NCBI GenBank assembly: GCA_040954595.2
Contig: CM082583.2
Span: 6,756,849 to 6,820,848 of the forward strand
DNA length: 64,000 nt
From: Balanoglossus misakiensis
Taxonomy: Eukaryota > Animalia > Hemichordata
Direction: 5' to 3'
The notes beneath the pieces were generated by a model. That model did no database searches. It was not told where the DNA came from and worked only from the letters and a program-made list of their open reading frames with translations. The number at the start of each line of letters is the position of its first letter. Within the stretch, counting starts at the first letter, position 1. The position numbers were made by a program, and so were the translations under genes. Below, piece after piece: positions 11,825 to 27,200 of the stretch.

Positions 11825-12297
11825 ATGCCAATATCCGAAGACAATGCTTGTGAAATCTTAAGTCTTCTCCGAGAGGAGCAGAAGTCTGTCACAGTAAACA
11901 AGAAGAAGACCGGGAGAGCTTCTTGTGAGTTGCGATGTATTAATACCCTGATTTCGTATTTGAATGTTGTGGTTTCAAAGAGCAGGGACATTGCAGAGGA
12001 AACGCGAACTAAAACACAACGAACAGTATCGACCAAAGACCATTATGGAATACTAGTGGTCTCTTTTCGAGGCTGCCCAAAAAGTCTTGAAGGTTTCGGA
12101 TTGCAGGTGAAGGAAGGCGCCTTTTTTGAGGGAAAACGGAAAGAAACGAATACCACCGTCGGACCTTTTGGTGGTGTTTACGTTGGGAGTATCTCGACTG
12201 AAAGCCACGTGCACAAAGATGGGAGGTTGAAAGTTAACGACGAAGTTATTGTAATAAACGGACAAGTTCTTGAGAGATGTACCACAGCACAAGGAAG
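11825..12297 (+). CDS. PDZD2: PDZD2-like exon 1 (N-terminus, most of PDZ1)
   Basis: [30 protein letters not shown]; donor AG|GTGGGT. Confidence 0.85.
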
Positions 12298-15200
12298 GTG
12301 GGTCGATCTTTTAGGGGGACAGTGTGAGTTGAAGATTCGTTGAGAAATGTATTCCTATCAATCAAATTAATCAATATAGTCTAACTCAAATACATGTAGA
12401 AAGATAGAGAATGGTGAGTTCTCCATGGTGACAAGTGTTAGTGACCTATAATATTAACAATAATGGTGATATTAATGATGGTAACAATTTTTAAAACTCA
12501 ATTATTTAATATTAACTTGATTATAATCATATTTGTTTAAAACTAAATGTTAAAGTACAAATATAGCTGAATAGCAGCAATGGGCAGGTTTCAAAACTTC
12601 GGGAACATTGAATTCTATAAGGCAGTGAAGTGCTTTAAATATCCAACAGACTGCAGCTACTAGCAATTCACATTTATATGATATTTGGGTCAAATGTCAT
12701 CAAGTTCTTGTGACATGGCCAAGAAATTAAGCATTCCATGCTTAATTTCTGTTCATAAATCACCCCTCTAGCTCCATTGGTTTGCCTATGGTTAAAATTT
12801 GGTTGTTTGCTTTGGTCTCATTATACCAGAATGCCAGAAGAAGATGGCTGGTTCAAAGGTTATGAAAAAAAAGAAAGAAAAATAATACTTTGAAAATCTT
12901 CTCAAAATGGACTTGGCCTATTGACCTTGAAATTTGGCATGTGGCACCCTGGCCATATGGTCTACCAATTTCTGTAGAGAATTTTGATTGATCATTGTTT
13001 ATGCAAATGAGGTACATTTTAAAGTTTAAATCCAAGATGGCCACCAGGTCATGTGACCCATTGTTAAGGTCATGTGCAAGTCAATTGGTACCGTGCAGGT
13101 GTTTGAATGGCAGATAGTGAGTGACTGTGGAAAGGATAGATAGTAACCAGTGCTAACCATATAATCTGCCAAATCTCCTTGTTGATAAAATCCTACAAAA
13201 GTTCCCCTGAACTTAGAGCTCCTCTGAACTTGAAGCATACCAAACAAAATTTTAAAATGCAAAAACAAAATAAAGGTGCATAGTAACATGCGCATCAATG
13301 CAGTCCCCATCCTGTCAACTGTGTTTTATGGTGTGAAACAATTGCAACACTTGTTTAAGTTCTTTAAAACCAGTGACATTGTATGGGTCAAATTTCCTGG
13401 CAAAATTAAAAAAAGAACATATGAAAAATAGTCAAAAACACCAAGGAAAAAAGTTACATGACTCATAATATTTTTTTTTTCTACTTTACTGGACTGAATT
13501 CCTGGAGAGTCATTGTTCTGAGCTCTGACAGTGGCATTCCATTTCAGATTTAATAATATTCTTTTGAAAATATTGTTGTCAATTTCATTTTCTGACGCAC
13601 ATCACTCTGCGCCATTGTTGAAGGCTGGTTTAACTCTTTGTATCACCAAGTGTCAGCTGTGTTAGTAACTCTATCATCAAGAGTGATACGCCCCATGCAC
13701 GGTTATTCCATCATTGGAATGGCATGAGGTGTTAGATCAGACATAAATCCTTGCTTTGGAGTCAGGTAGGTCAGAATATAGTATTTATTTCGATACTGTA
13801 ATTTTCTGTGTTGTCGTGGTCAGCCCATCTCTCACATTCTGTCAGATAATGAGGTTGGATATTGATGAGAATAATTATAGCACAAATGCTATTGATTTGT
13901 GTTTGTTGATGTAAATGAATGGTCTGACAACTAGAGCAAAATTTCATGATAGGCTGTCGCTGAATGCTGATACATGTTTGAAAGAGCATGTCATCAAAAG
14001 TTACTATTATCTATTCAAATCTGTGAAAGACAAGTATCCCATACAGGTGTATATTAATTTATTGTGTAGTATACTCATAATTTTGTTAATGTACCACAAC
14101 GGTAGTGTGATTTGTGAAGAGACTAGCTCTTGCTTGCTAAAACTAAAAATAGTGACCAGCTCATGTGCATGGTTTGAAAATCTATAAAAATAGTCTCTTC
14201 CTATTTTTGTATCAAAAGTACCCTGTATATTGACATGCCCGAGTCTGTCTGACAAATGGGGACTGTGTCATCCGTGATAATTGCTGTGTTGAGTAGAACA
14301 AGGAACCGTCAGCCAAAGCCTCCTCCAGACCATGTCAGAATAGCCAGAGTCTGGCAAATTTCAATATTAAAGTTGATTTGAACAGAGACCGAGTTGAAAT
14401 CATGAAACATTCAACGTTGGAATGTGACATTAAAGCTGTGTATTTCCGATTTCACTCTATCTCCAGGAAATGACATGTTGTATGTCGTACAGGTGGATGG
14501 TGACTGTGTGTACATGTATGTGTCCTACAATTGTATGGAAATTTATGCATAATGCATCATATGCAGCATATGGACGCATATATACCAGCGACCCTGTGTT
14601 GTCATTAATATGGAATAATGACAAATTTGCTTTTCAAATAAAAACTGCAGCTCATTTCGCCATATGTCACCATAAATTTATCAACAAGTGTTTGTATGTT
14701 ACCTGACAATGACCATTATAAAGCAGTTGAATGCCACAAAACAAAGTCATAAAAATAGCCACATAGGCTTGACCTCACTAAGTCAATGACCCCCTCTTGC
14801 AGGTCATTGTATTTATATATACAAACATTGTAAATATCAATTCAGAGAGTTTGTGTATATACAAATTTTTTTCATCATAGAATTTACTATTTGTATATGG
14901 ACTGAAATATTTAAGGATCCATTATGACAGAATTATAATGTAGTCCCACACTATGCCGATATTGACCCATTTTACATACATCTCAAAAATAATTTTTCAA
15001 AGTTTCATAAATATATAGGCATTGGAATTTTAACAAGTTGACTATTTAGATACCCTGAGTGATATCCTCTTCACACTCTGTTGTCAATATTTATATACAG
15101 TTATTTGATGTAAGCAGTATTTGTTTCCACCATAATGGTTATTTGCAGGCCAGATGTATTCTATTGACCCTGTCATGTTTCATAAATGAACTGAGTATGG

Positions 15201-18200
15201 CATAAATTGGGCCTGAAGTTTATTTCTGAAAACACTATACCCACCACTACAACCACTCTTGCCACCACTGTGTTAATTTTGTAAATCTCCTCTTTGTGTC
15301 AGTGTGACTTGTGTCGTTCACTTCATAACTTCTTGAACTTTGACATTGTTTGGGTGACAGTCCTTTTGTATGTGTAGTAATCTAATCACCAGAATACATG
15401 TATGTCTTACAGGTATATTGCACACACTGCAACAGGTAGTGTTTTGTCCAGTGGTATGGATATTGTACGTGTCCGTGTACAGGTGCGATAGTCTCTCCTA
15501 TCGTTTCAGTTTCATCGCTTTCAACTATCAACAAAAATTACATATTTCTTCCCTCTATATTTCATCCCTCAGCTCCCAACTTTCTGGTTAATTGGTCCAG
15601 CCTTTTGTTGAAAACAATCGGATGAGACATTTTACCATGATGAACAGGTGGTCATGGGGGCCTAAGAAGTGAAATCTGAAAATGAAAGGTGCACTGATTT
15701 ACTTCTGCGGCCTTGTGGTATCCATGGCAACACCAAAGTGCTCGGGAATTTCAGGTTGCCCCCCAGGAATGTCTAAAGGCCTGTGAGGGGATTTGTATTG
15801 TTGAAATTGGAATAATGAGGATGTGTCTTGATTGAGTGATTCTATGCTTTATTGAGCTAGCCTGAACTTTAACAGTGTCACCATTATGAAGGTATCGATC
15901 CGTGGTGACCACACGTGTTCTGAAAAGGCTGTAATGTCATTGAATTTTCATGAAGCTGAGTGTGCACAACACCACATTACATTACAGCTACACCACCAGG
16001 GTTGCTCCCAATCTCAAGTGGCAATCATTTGAGATTACAGAATGTTAAGATGGACCTTTCCTTATCAGCCCGTCTATCTAAAATCAAATGGATTAACCTG
16101 ATAAATATTGCACTAGAAAACAAACGCTTAAATTTCCACCACATAAACAGCCAATGTCACCACAAAATCAAATTCCTACACCAGACATTGAAAATTGCTT
16201 CTCTTTTTTACGTCCATGATGAAACCTAGCTGAGTAAAATACTACAGTACTGGGACTGCTCATGTTGAGAGAGCATGCATTTCTAAGACCGAAAGTATAA
16301 ACACGATTTATGTTGCAGTGATTTGGCAGATGTCAGGGTCTTTGAAATCAGTTGCGTTCAAGTTTAGAATTTACAGTAAAATGAATTTGAGTACTTAAAA
16401 AACCATAGCTGTGAGGCGTGTAGTTTAGTATCTAGTCGCATTGTGTCCGCTTTGTTTTGTTAGTTTTGGTAGCAAAGAGGTAAAAACACGGCTAGATACT
16501 AGACCAGGAGGCGTGCTGCTGTGAAAAGAGAATGAATATGAATGTGTTGACTTTACAACTGTAGTATTGCCAGGGAGTGGCCCATACATGGTGGTGTTTA
16601 CTCAAATCTTTTTTGCCAAGTGCTTGACATAACAAGGGTGTTTACATGTACAGATACTGCATTTCAGTCAATCAAGGCAAGACAGGCACATGCAGTAATA
16701 GTACTATACAGGCCTTTAATTCCCTGCTGTATCACAGTCCCCCTGTCATCGTACAGTTTCTCATTCACAGTACTTTGATGGAGGGACTATGTACCATGGT
16801 TTTCCTTGAGCAATTATGGTTGTACATGTACACTGTTCCTTCGCCAGGAATGCTCCTGTGCCTCAGGTAACAATAAAGTGGCTATAGGAAAGCGCGACAC
16901 AATAGCAAGTAAAAATTCCAGCCCCATTGTTTGGATTCTGTTGTTTGCAACACTTTGCGCTCAAACACCGATACAATGCAACTGGAATCAGGGCTAAGTG
17001 ACCGACGTGTGCGGTTACTTACTGTGAAATTCATGAAAATCACATGCATTAACATAATCTGCAACTGGGCTTGGAGAAGTTGGCATCAAGAGCAGATTTA
17101 ACTGTGATCAAAGAATTCCAAACCAAATTTATGTAGGATGTATATATCCCCAACAAAAGCCATCGAAGAAATCAAAAGTTGCCAAAATTAAACTGCAGAT
17201 TCTTCGAATATTATGTACTGAGCTCTCTCTATGAGCTACCATCAGTTTCACTTGTGATGTAATTGGTTGCCAGACATCTTACTGTTTGTTTTGTTGATTT
17301 TGCCTGTGTCCAAGTCAATTGATGTTTGCAATGAACATGTATAATGTATTCTAGTATTAGCACAGTGGTTGGTGTTACCATGCTTCAGAAATGCTTCAGA
17401 AATCCATGAAACATAGAAATAATTAAAATAATGACAACATTTTGAATTGTCACTGTAGATGACCAGCTTATGGCACAGTGCTAATTCCCTTTTGGTAATA
17501 TTGTGTTAGCTTTCACACACCTTGACCTCAACTAAAATACCATGTCTTGCATGCTTTATAGACACTTAGCAACCAAACATCATAAACCTGCCATGTTTGT
17601 CTGCATAAACTCTTGACAAATAACTGTTCAGAATGTACATTGCATCCATAACATGTGTACACTAAATTACTTTGTGGAGTCCTTTGGTTTCAAACTGCAA
17701 TGATCTAGTTGGCCTTTGACAAGCCCACTTGTAATACCAATACAGCATGTAATATTGGAACCATCATCCCTAAACATCACGTTGTCTCTGTCTCTCTCTG
17801 CAAGTTTAGTGTTAGGGCACTCAGTTACGGCTTAACAAAATTCAGTGTTCTATAGTTGTGGGATATTGTCTTTTTCTTTCATCACTCAGCATTGACATAC
17901 AGTAAACTTTTCTTCACCATTCCTTTCATTACTGTTTCTTTTATATACCGAGGATTTATATAATGATAAAGTCTTTCAAGGAGTGAATAGGAGTCATTGT
18001 CGGCAGCAAAACAACCACAACAGAGTTAGAATTTGGTGTTTGGACCTGCATTCAGTGAAATGCTTCCCTGGGATTAGTTTGATTGGAATTCAGGATTTGG
18101 CGTTTGGCAAGTAGCACATCACAACAAGCTCTTACAGAATGTGCTGGGAGTGTTAATTTGAAAAAGCTGATTTATGAAGACCTTTATAAGGCATGCCCGG

Positions 18201-21200
18201 ACTTGAATGAGATTTACAGTAAATGTATACACACACACTCGAGCTGCAACCGTTGCAATCATTGACTCTGTCCTAGATTAATCTGTTGTCCACCAATGCC
18301 AGGTTTAATTTCTCAAGTTTTACAGAATGAGGATAAAAAATTATTCTTGGCCGGGGGAAAAAATTGATCACCACTGCACTACTTTTTGTTTAAAAGCAAT
18401 AAGTGCAGTTTATTGTTTGACTTGTAAACATTGTAAAATGCCCAGTATTTAGTGATTGTGATTTGTCAACACAGCAAATGTTATTGTTGAAAACCAAATT
18501 ACAGTTCAGTAGATTTGATGATCTTTACACATACACATGCATGTATGTCCAGGCGGAAGGACCACCAGTTGTTACTTATCATATTATTGTACATTCTTAT
18601 TCTGTGCTTCATCTCCAGCTTCTTGTTCTCTACTTCATATTGAAGCAATTGTGGCTTCTTGTCAACACGTCCTGCAAAAAGCAGTATGTGTTGGATTTTC
18701 AAATGTCCACTATGCATGAACAATGCCCAGGTGTTGTTATGGGGAAATGATGTGGGAATATACTGCACTGGTTTCCATGACACCATTTTGCTGGTTGGAC
18801 CGTGCAGTACCAGAAGACTGGTACACTCCGCACCCAGATGTGTCAGACTAGTGGTTGAATATTGAAACTCGCACAGCACATCACAGTAAAACTTGTGTAA
18901 GCAGTTAACAGCAATTAACACCAAGCTGTCTGCTGCATTAACATCCTCCTTTTGTTGGGGTTATTGTTATTCAAATTGTGGCTAGGTCTCTAATTTGGAG
19001 CTGGGGCATCAAATGGCAAGCTATTAGAGAGATAAGTCTGTACTCAACTGGAAAAACACCATCTACATGTACCTGGAATACGTAGAGACATTATAAGGTA
19101 CTTTGTTTGTAACTTTGTATTGGCAGTAGTCTAATAGTGGCCTTGCTAATTAACACTGCATATTTACTGAATAAGTTTTTGATGTACCTGTGATCAAAGG
19201 TCATGTTTCAGTGTCATGTGTCTATCAAAGCATGGGGATGATCAAAGGCCCTGAAATGTATAATACATGTATAACTAGGGGTCCATGCACATTAGCTCCA
19301 TGAACACTATATTTCTGTACCGTTTAATATAGTCTATTTTTAGCCTAATATATATCATTGGCATCACAGCAGGACAATATGATTATCGCTATAAAAGACA
19401 ATCTCGATTCTGTTGATGACCGGTCACATATCCACTTCTGTGTTGTCAAGTGTGTTTATATCTGAATGTGTTTCAGCGCATTGTTTGGCCATATAGTGCA
19501 TATGGTTTGGCAGACTGTGTTTGGGTCACTGCCACTGAGTGTCATTCAAGGTATTTAAAATGTAATATTGGGCTCGTTCCAGATAGTGTACAAGTTACAT
19601 GTTCCTCAGTTTTCAATTTAAATTATGCAGGACCATATAATTTGTAGCGCCCTCTAGTGTCAGTGTTGGAGTCTGAAAAACCTGGTTCTACAAAAAGGCA
19701 ACTATTGATGTAAATTCATGCATCCAAACGTTTCATGCCCTGTATATGAAATCCCTTCAAAGTTTTGTTTGTATATTGGGCCGATGGCCTGGAATTACTC
19801 AATAAAGACCAACAACAACATGAAATCACAGTTTTATACATTCTACAATCTAACAGATGACTGTGTAATGTTAAAAAAATTCTCTTTATGAATGAATAAA
19901 GGGTAGATGACTAGGAATATCTTGACAACTGACTATTTTACATCAAGCATCTTCACAATTATCCATCTTTTGATGTTTCCTACAGACAGCTTCTGAAGAA
20001 TGCGTTATCAAGTGGTGAGATATGTCTAATTGTGCTGAGGAGGATCAAGAGGCAAGCCCCAGCACCACCCATGAAACCAAAAAGACCCCCTCCACCACCC
20101 CCTGTGCAGCACGCACAACGGACACGCCCACAAGAAGAACACCTCCAGTACCAAGGTAGCTTTAACCATGATCAAGATGATACAGACCACATTCCGCCCA
20201 ATCGCCTGTCTTCAAGCCAACTCAAAGAATGGGTTCCCATGGAAACCAGTGTCACTCTGGATCATCACCAGTCGGGATTGGTGGATATTGCTATCAGCTC
20301 TGTTGTCAGGAGGAGTGATTCTAATCTCTCCGTGATTCTACCCCGAGCCTCACAGTGGGTAAGAATTGTTACTTGCTGTTTAAGGGGAATTTTTTGGATA
20401 TTTTTGACAAGCGTCTAATCAGTGACAAAGTGTTGTCCCAGAATGCACAAGCGGAATGAAATAAATGAGGTTAAAGGCATAGTACATACAATTGTATATT
20501 TATGGTTAAAAACATTTCAATTCAATTTTGTTCTTTGACTTTAGAATTAGATTCTGGACTTACCCTGGTACATGTACGGTACAGTTTCTGTAGCAGTATC
20601 TTGTAGCATGGCTGGACATTAGTATGGCAGACTGTGAAAAGTTTGAAATAATATTTGAATTTTGGGTACATTAAAAAAATTGAGAATTCTTGCTTGATGT
20701 CCCCAGAAAAGACAAGTCATCAAGATGCACATGGTTAAAGGAAAAGATGGATTGGGAATCCAAATAACCGGTGGAAAGGGATCCAGGAAAGGGGATGTTG
20801 GAATATTCATCGCAGGAATTGATCATGGAAAAGCAGCTTACAAGTAAGGATACTATTAGCACTATCATTTCATATTGATATGTGTTTAAAAGAATGACAG
20901 TAATTTACTACTCATTGTAAGTATAATTATCTCCATTGCACTGAAAAGTAAACATAGACATTTTGTCCATTTTAAAATCTTGTAAATTATAACTGTTGGT
21001 ATGGTGTCTAATTCGATCACTGCTGATAAAATGCTTGTTTTTCACTTTCACTCTGAAATACTTAGAGTTAGAAACATCACTGTTCAGTATCAGGACATGC
21101 ACCATTAATAGGGATGGAAGGAAGGTCAATATTTTCTACAAATCCACTCAATTACCACCAGATTTTCTCGAATGAGATTCATCAAAAGTCCATGAATACT

Positions 21201-24200
21201 GTCAGCACACATGTATCTGATGAATTTCAACAGTTCGAAAAATAATCGGCTATTTGGAAAAGAAATACATTCACACTGTTCCATTGTTGTCACACCTGAC
21301 AAATCTGTCGAAAAAGCAACAGTGCATCGGGAAATGACTGAAATGGAACATTGTTTATTTAATGATTGTAATTACATTTCTCAATTCAATGGAAGCCTCG
21401 CAGCGAGTGGAGGGTCATTTCCTGAACGTTTCAAGATGAATAATAAATCTAATACTCCATCCTGCTTGAAATGGGGTAATTAAGTTTAGAAATTTATCGT
21501 CATTATTTCACCTTATGATGTTCAATTTAAGTGTAATTTGGATCACCAGCAGGTTTTCCTGTCAAATTGATAGAGTATTTGGAACGGCCACACCGTCAGG
21601 ATATTCTGGTTGGAGTAGATTTTTGTCTAGAATCTAAATAAATGACACAGAGAAAATTTAATCCAGAAGATATCTAATGTGCAGATATGAAGACTAATAA
21701 ATTATTTTAATACAACTATTAAACATGCAATATGGTAGACTTCATTATTCGAATTAAGATGGTGGCATTGACTGAAGAAACTAATATATATTTTTTGCTT
21801 TCTAGTGAATTCTATTGATCATCCAAATAATTTCAACAATTCAAATTATATTGATTTTTTTTAGCAAAATTATTATTTTAGTTGATAAGGTCATCCATTG
21901 GTACATTTTTCATTCAAAACATTTTGTATGGTATTTCCAAATTCATGCTATGCTACATAGATTTTTTTCTGTGTGGCCAAAACATGTGACGTCAGAAAAT
22001 AAGTTTTTATAGGCTATTGAAAGACTATCTCAAAATCAGTCAGACACCATGTAGCAAAAGGGTCTACATCAGGGAAGGTAAGAGTATTCTTATTTTTATT
22101 ACAAAAAGGAAAAAAAAATACTGTGAATTCTTTAGCGGTCCCTGTTCATACAGTACACCATTTTCAACCTACCATGTTGCATTTTAATGTTATTTTTTCT
22201 GAAAATTAAACAGAATTTTATCTAAATATTAGGAAAACATGTACATTATGAATGGAACCATACGCTACCTTCAGAAATATCAAATATTAAGGTCATTTCA
22301 CTGCAATATGGTGCAATGTTTCTACGCTGTCGCATATACCTGTGTGTAGAAAAAATTGCAGACTTCTATCATCTAGGATTTGTGTTTGAGGTTCATATAT
22401 TCTGGGAAGCTATACTAAAGAGGAAAAATTATGAGAGATAGCATTGTAATCATTTAGACTGGGTTGTATAATTTACGTTTAATATGTGAAATTTAATATT
22501 TTTTTGTGAAATTGAATCATATCTGAGTTGTAATGTTTTAACAGTAAAAATGCAAATGTATAGCTAAAGTAATACAATTTCAGGTTATTTTAATACCAGT
22601 TTAAGTCTGTTAGCTGTGATAGCTATAGGTGTCCATAGATTAAAATTTTAATTAAACAAACATATTTTGTGCAAATACTGGCTGGTAGCTGTGGAAAGAC
22701 CAACCTTTTCCCCACTTTTTTATGTGTACATGTGCATGAAAATCTTTTGCTGTACCAGATGGAAAGAGATCAGACACCGGAAAACGGAATTTAAAAATCG
22801 TTTGTATTATTCAGGCTCTCTACTGGCTTCCACATGAAGTAATTTTATGTTCTGAAACTCAAAATTGAACACAATGGGTAGTCATAAAACTGAAAGTACA
22901 TGTATATATAATTCATTGAAACTACATTTCAGAACATGTTATTTCTTTTTCTGTATGTCACTTTTGGTTGAAATGCAGATTTGATCTGTAAATGTCGAGT
23001 TTGGAGGTGTTTTGATTATAATACTGATGCAACCACCAAACTGTCAGTAAGCTGTGTTGTTTTAAGTGTTGGTTAAACTTATCTGAAGTAATCATTCAAT
23101 CCAGGTCTGTTTCCATAAAGAGTGGTCATTGATAGTACAAAACACCAACTCTTGTCTGTTTTTTTCATTGTCACTTCTCACAACCAATAGATTATCATCT
23201 TAATTTCACAAGTACATGTATGTGACTGTATTGTTCATCACTTTTCATGCACTCTTCTATGAAAAATGTAGTTTAATATTTATTTAGATTTTTAATTTGC
23301 TTGTAATAATAATTTTTTTTCCGGCCGGCTGTTTTTGTGTGTCTGAATTTAATGCAAATCAGACAATATGGTTGATCTCTTCAAAACCATCAGTCTGAAA
23401 GTCTGGCCATAAATTATAGATTTCATTCGATCAGAAACTAAAGTTTTGCTTTAATTGTATGATGGATCAAATTTACAAATGAAGTATGTCACACAGACAG
23501 GTCTGATTGATATCCTATTAAAAGCTTTTTTGTGATACAAGACCTAGCTCATCAAAATGCAAAAGTGTTGTTACAGCCGTGGCATGCCACAAAGATCACT
23601 TTAAAAGATGACAAATAGTGTTGCCATAGCAACTATCATTGATGCCGTTTGTGACAATAGGCTGGTAGTGGTGTCAGAGAGAATTTAATATCGGCCATAT
23701 GGAAGTATTCAGAAATCTATTTTAGGCCATGTCAGATATTTGTGTTGTTTGCAAGTAATAGCTACATGTAATTAGAGGCTGAAAGTAAAAATAAAACAAT
23801 TTCTGTGTGGCAATTAATGTGGGCAATTAATAAACTATTATCGCAGATATTTGTCAAAGGTTAACAACCTTGAGTAATTTTCACAACCAAAAGAAAAACA
23901 AAACACCGAAAGTAAGATTAACTGAGCTTCAGAATGCATCCGTCACCAACAGCAAGAGCGTAATCTGGTTATATCTTTGTCTGATGACAGGGATGGTCGT
24001 CTGAAGAAGGGAGATGAGCTGTTAATGGTCAATGGACAGAGTTTGATCGGGGTGACCTACCAGCATGCAGTGGATCTACTCCGCAATGTTGGCAGTCTGA
24101 TACAACTTATTGTGGCCACTAAAGTCAAGGTCAGAGATTAAAACATTTCTCTTAGACGTAGTCTTTAATATGTTAGCAACTATTGTGTTGATAAGCATTA

Positions 24201-27200
24201 TTCACTTGCACACTGTAATGCCCTAAGAACTTCATGTGGGCTTTATGAGTGCATGCTCAGATATGGCAACAACATAGCATCTCTCATTTTAGTGGCACGT
24301 GAACTCTTATTTGTAAGAACACTAAAGGTAACCTCAGTATTGTGTGAACCTGATTAGACAAGATAAGATTTGTGTGTGTGTATATGTGTGTGTGGGCATG
24401 TATGCTTTGATCATGAGAAGCAAGTTTTCAAGTAAAACATAATTTCTTTTAAATGGTAGGAACATCATGAGAGCATAAGATCAGTGAATTCATTCTCGTC
24501 AACAATGGGTAACACAAGACAAAGAAGGCAACATTGGAATGCTGTGGAAAGAGAGTCTAATTCTCAGAAAGTGATTTCTGAGAGTGGAATCAGTGACAAC
24601 AGCAGACATGATGATCTGGAGACGTCGGAACAGAGTGAGCTTATGAGAGCTCTGCTATATAAGGTGAGTTATTGGGAGTGAAAAAATAAACATGAGTTAA
24701 TGAAATGGCTGTTTTGTTACAGTGTTTCTTGAGATTGTAATTTTTAATAGGTTAATTATCATGTTTTGTTTTTCTTTTCAATATGACATCATCGTTTGTC
24801 GATCACATTCAGTGGTATTTTAGGAGTGTAGCTTAGGGAGTCATCAGTTCTTTTTACTTGTAAATGTTATTGTTTGAAATAAATAAAAAAACTGCAAAGA
24901 GTTGACTCTGCTGGTACATGAAAGCAGAAGAGCAGTGAAAATCCATGCGTAGTCGATATGCCACATCCTGAGTTTGAACACTAGAGTGTGCTGTTTAAAG
25001 GTGCTTGATTGAAGACCCAGATGACTTGTACTGGTTGATGGAGAACTGTGTTGAAGGTTATTTCCAGTGATGGATGGTACAGATTAGGACTGAACTTATG
25101 ACATGAGACGGCAATATGCTGCTTTAATGAGAGAGGACAGAAACCTCATTTTTAATTTCACATGTGTTTGAGCAATCTTTCCGAAGGGCTTTGGTTTATT
25201 TGCATATTATGCTAATTTGACAGGGGCGCTCACGACATCTGTAACTATTGTCTATTTTTATACCACTTTTCCGCAACGCTTGAAATTGAGAATGCATAGA
25301 AATATGCATATTTAATGCTACTGGTAGGCTGGGCTGGTGTGCTTGTTTCAAGCGCTGTGATGTTTTAGCACCATGATGTAGAGTTCATAGTGGAACCCTC
25401 TTTAGTGAAAAAGCAGAGTTGGTGCTTTAGAAAAGGTTGATGTCACCATGGGATAGTGGTTTTCAGAGCGTATATAGGCGGATTAAATACAGGTACATTT
25501 CATCTGCAGGTTTTCTTGTGTGATTTTTTTGCAACAGATACATTTTAGGAGTAAGTGTTCTTTTTGGTGTCAGAAATAGTATGGTTTGGAAACACGAGGA
25601 CAAAAACATCCAGTGACCAAAAAATATTGGAATTTAGGAAAATATTGTCAGGAAAAATAGAAAATTATTGTCTGCCACAGAATAATGGAATGTGGTATGC
25701 GCATAAATTTTGACTTGCCATGCGATATCAAAATAAGTTCACACATTTGAATGTTATTTAATGTTGAGTGTATACACCATTGATATTTTATTCTGAAATT
25801 TTTGTTATAGTTTTGGTTGTAAATGTTTACTTAAATAAACACACTCATTTTTCTGATATGCAAATGCCATGCTTTTTATGCAAACGGTGATGACATGTTT
25901 GGAACATATGGAGTCAAACCTAAATAAAAATAGCATTTCAACATGAAAGATGATAGATGACTTAACAATGATTTCATCATATATAGTCATGCATTTGATA
26001 CATAATGGGCCATATTGTTTCTGCTAACATTGCTTGCTCTTATGTAGTTATGAAATGTCTTTTTATTGTTTTTGAACTTTCAATTACCAGCATAGTTGTT
26101 GCATCATCAGTAACATGGCTATCAAAGGATATTATCAACCATAGTCATCCACCAAGCTTTTTTATGTGTCACTGTATTTACTAACTGCAGCAGTTCTCTG
26201 TGAATTACATTGAGATAGGGGGTAACATAATTAGCATAGACTGGTAGTTTGAAAATGTCTGTTGTGTGTGTTTGACTTGAACATTATGACCCATATTTGG
26301 GGGAGAGGGGTTATGCAAGGCTATGGTTTTTGCTCCTTCTGTTGTCATGGCAATCATGGTTGTACATATATATCAGAACAGCATGAACCTATGCCTGAGT
26401 ATACACACCATTGGAGCACAGGGGGGATGAAGTACACTTTCAGCAATTTCTTTACTGACAGATAACTTTTCCGTATTTCTGTAGGACCAGGATGCCACCA
26501 TGTCTAAACTCAATGCCAGCACGAGAACCGTGAGCCGGTCACCCAGTCCATCGATCATTCAGCTCATATCCCTGGAGAAGGGCTCTGGTGGGAGGGGCCT
26601 GGGTTTCAGCATCGTCGGAGGGGAAGACTCCCACAAGGGCAGAATGGGTATCTTTGTGAAGACCATCTTTTCAGCAGGTGCTGCCGGTTTGGATGGGCGA
26701 CTCAAGGAAGGTTGGTTATGTTTTGTTCCTTCCTTGGGAATTTGTCAATACATATACTACACTCACTATGGTGAAAAGGTGAAAGTCACACTTTAACATA
26801 TTAGTCGACAAGAATTAAGTCTTGTGTGGAGTGCAATACCTGTACCTGGAAACAACTAGCAACTTCATTTTACCCGCTACATATATATTGTAAGCAAAGG
26901 TGCAGCTGATCATAACCTGATCATAACATATTGTCTATTGTCTTTTTTTTCTCATTGAAAGGTGATGAAATTTTAGAAGTCAACGGAGAATCATTGCAAG
27001 GATTCACTCACCAACAGGCCATCAACAAGTTCAAGGTGGGTCAGACTTTCTTGAGATTTCTCTCAAATCAATCCTAAACACTATAATAATTCTAAAACGT
27101 TTAAGATGTAGCTCAGAAGATGCAATCAAGTTATCCAGTACAGTCATATCAAAAAGGCAGCTTATTCCACAACATTGGGGAGGGGGGGGGGGAATCAGGT

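Noticed and set aside
12850-13075. Fragment resembling a common invertebrate interspersed repeat
   Set aside because: No ends, TSD or second copy visible; cannot be supported without a repeat library.
15637-15697. Possible C/D box snoRNA (ATGATGA...CTGA)
   Set aside because: Short, with no terminal stem and no recognisable guide.
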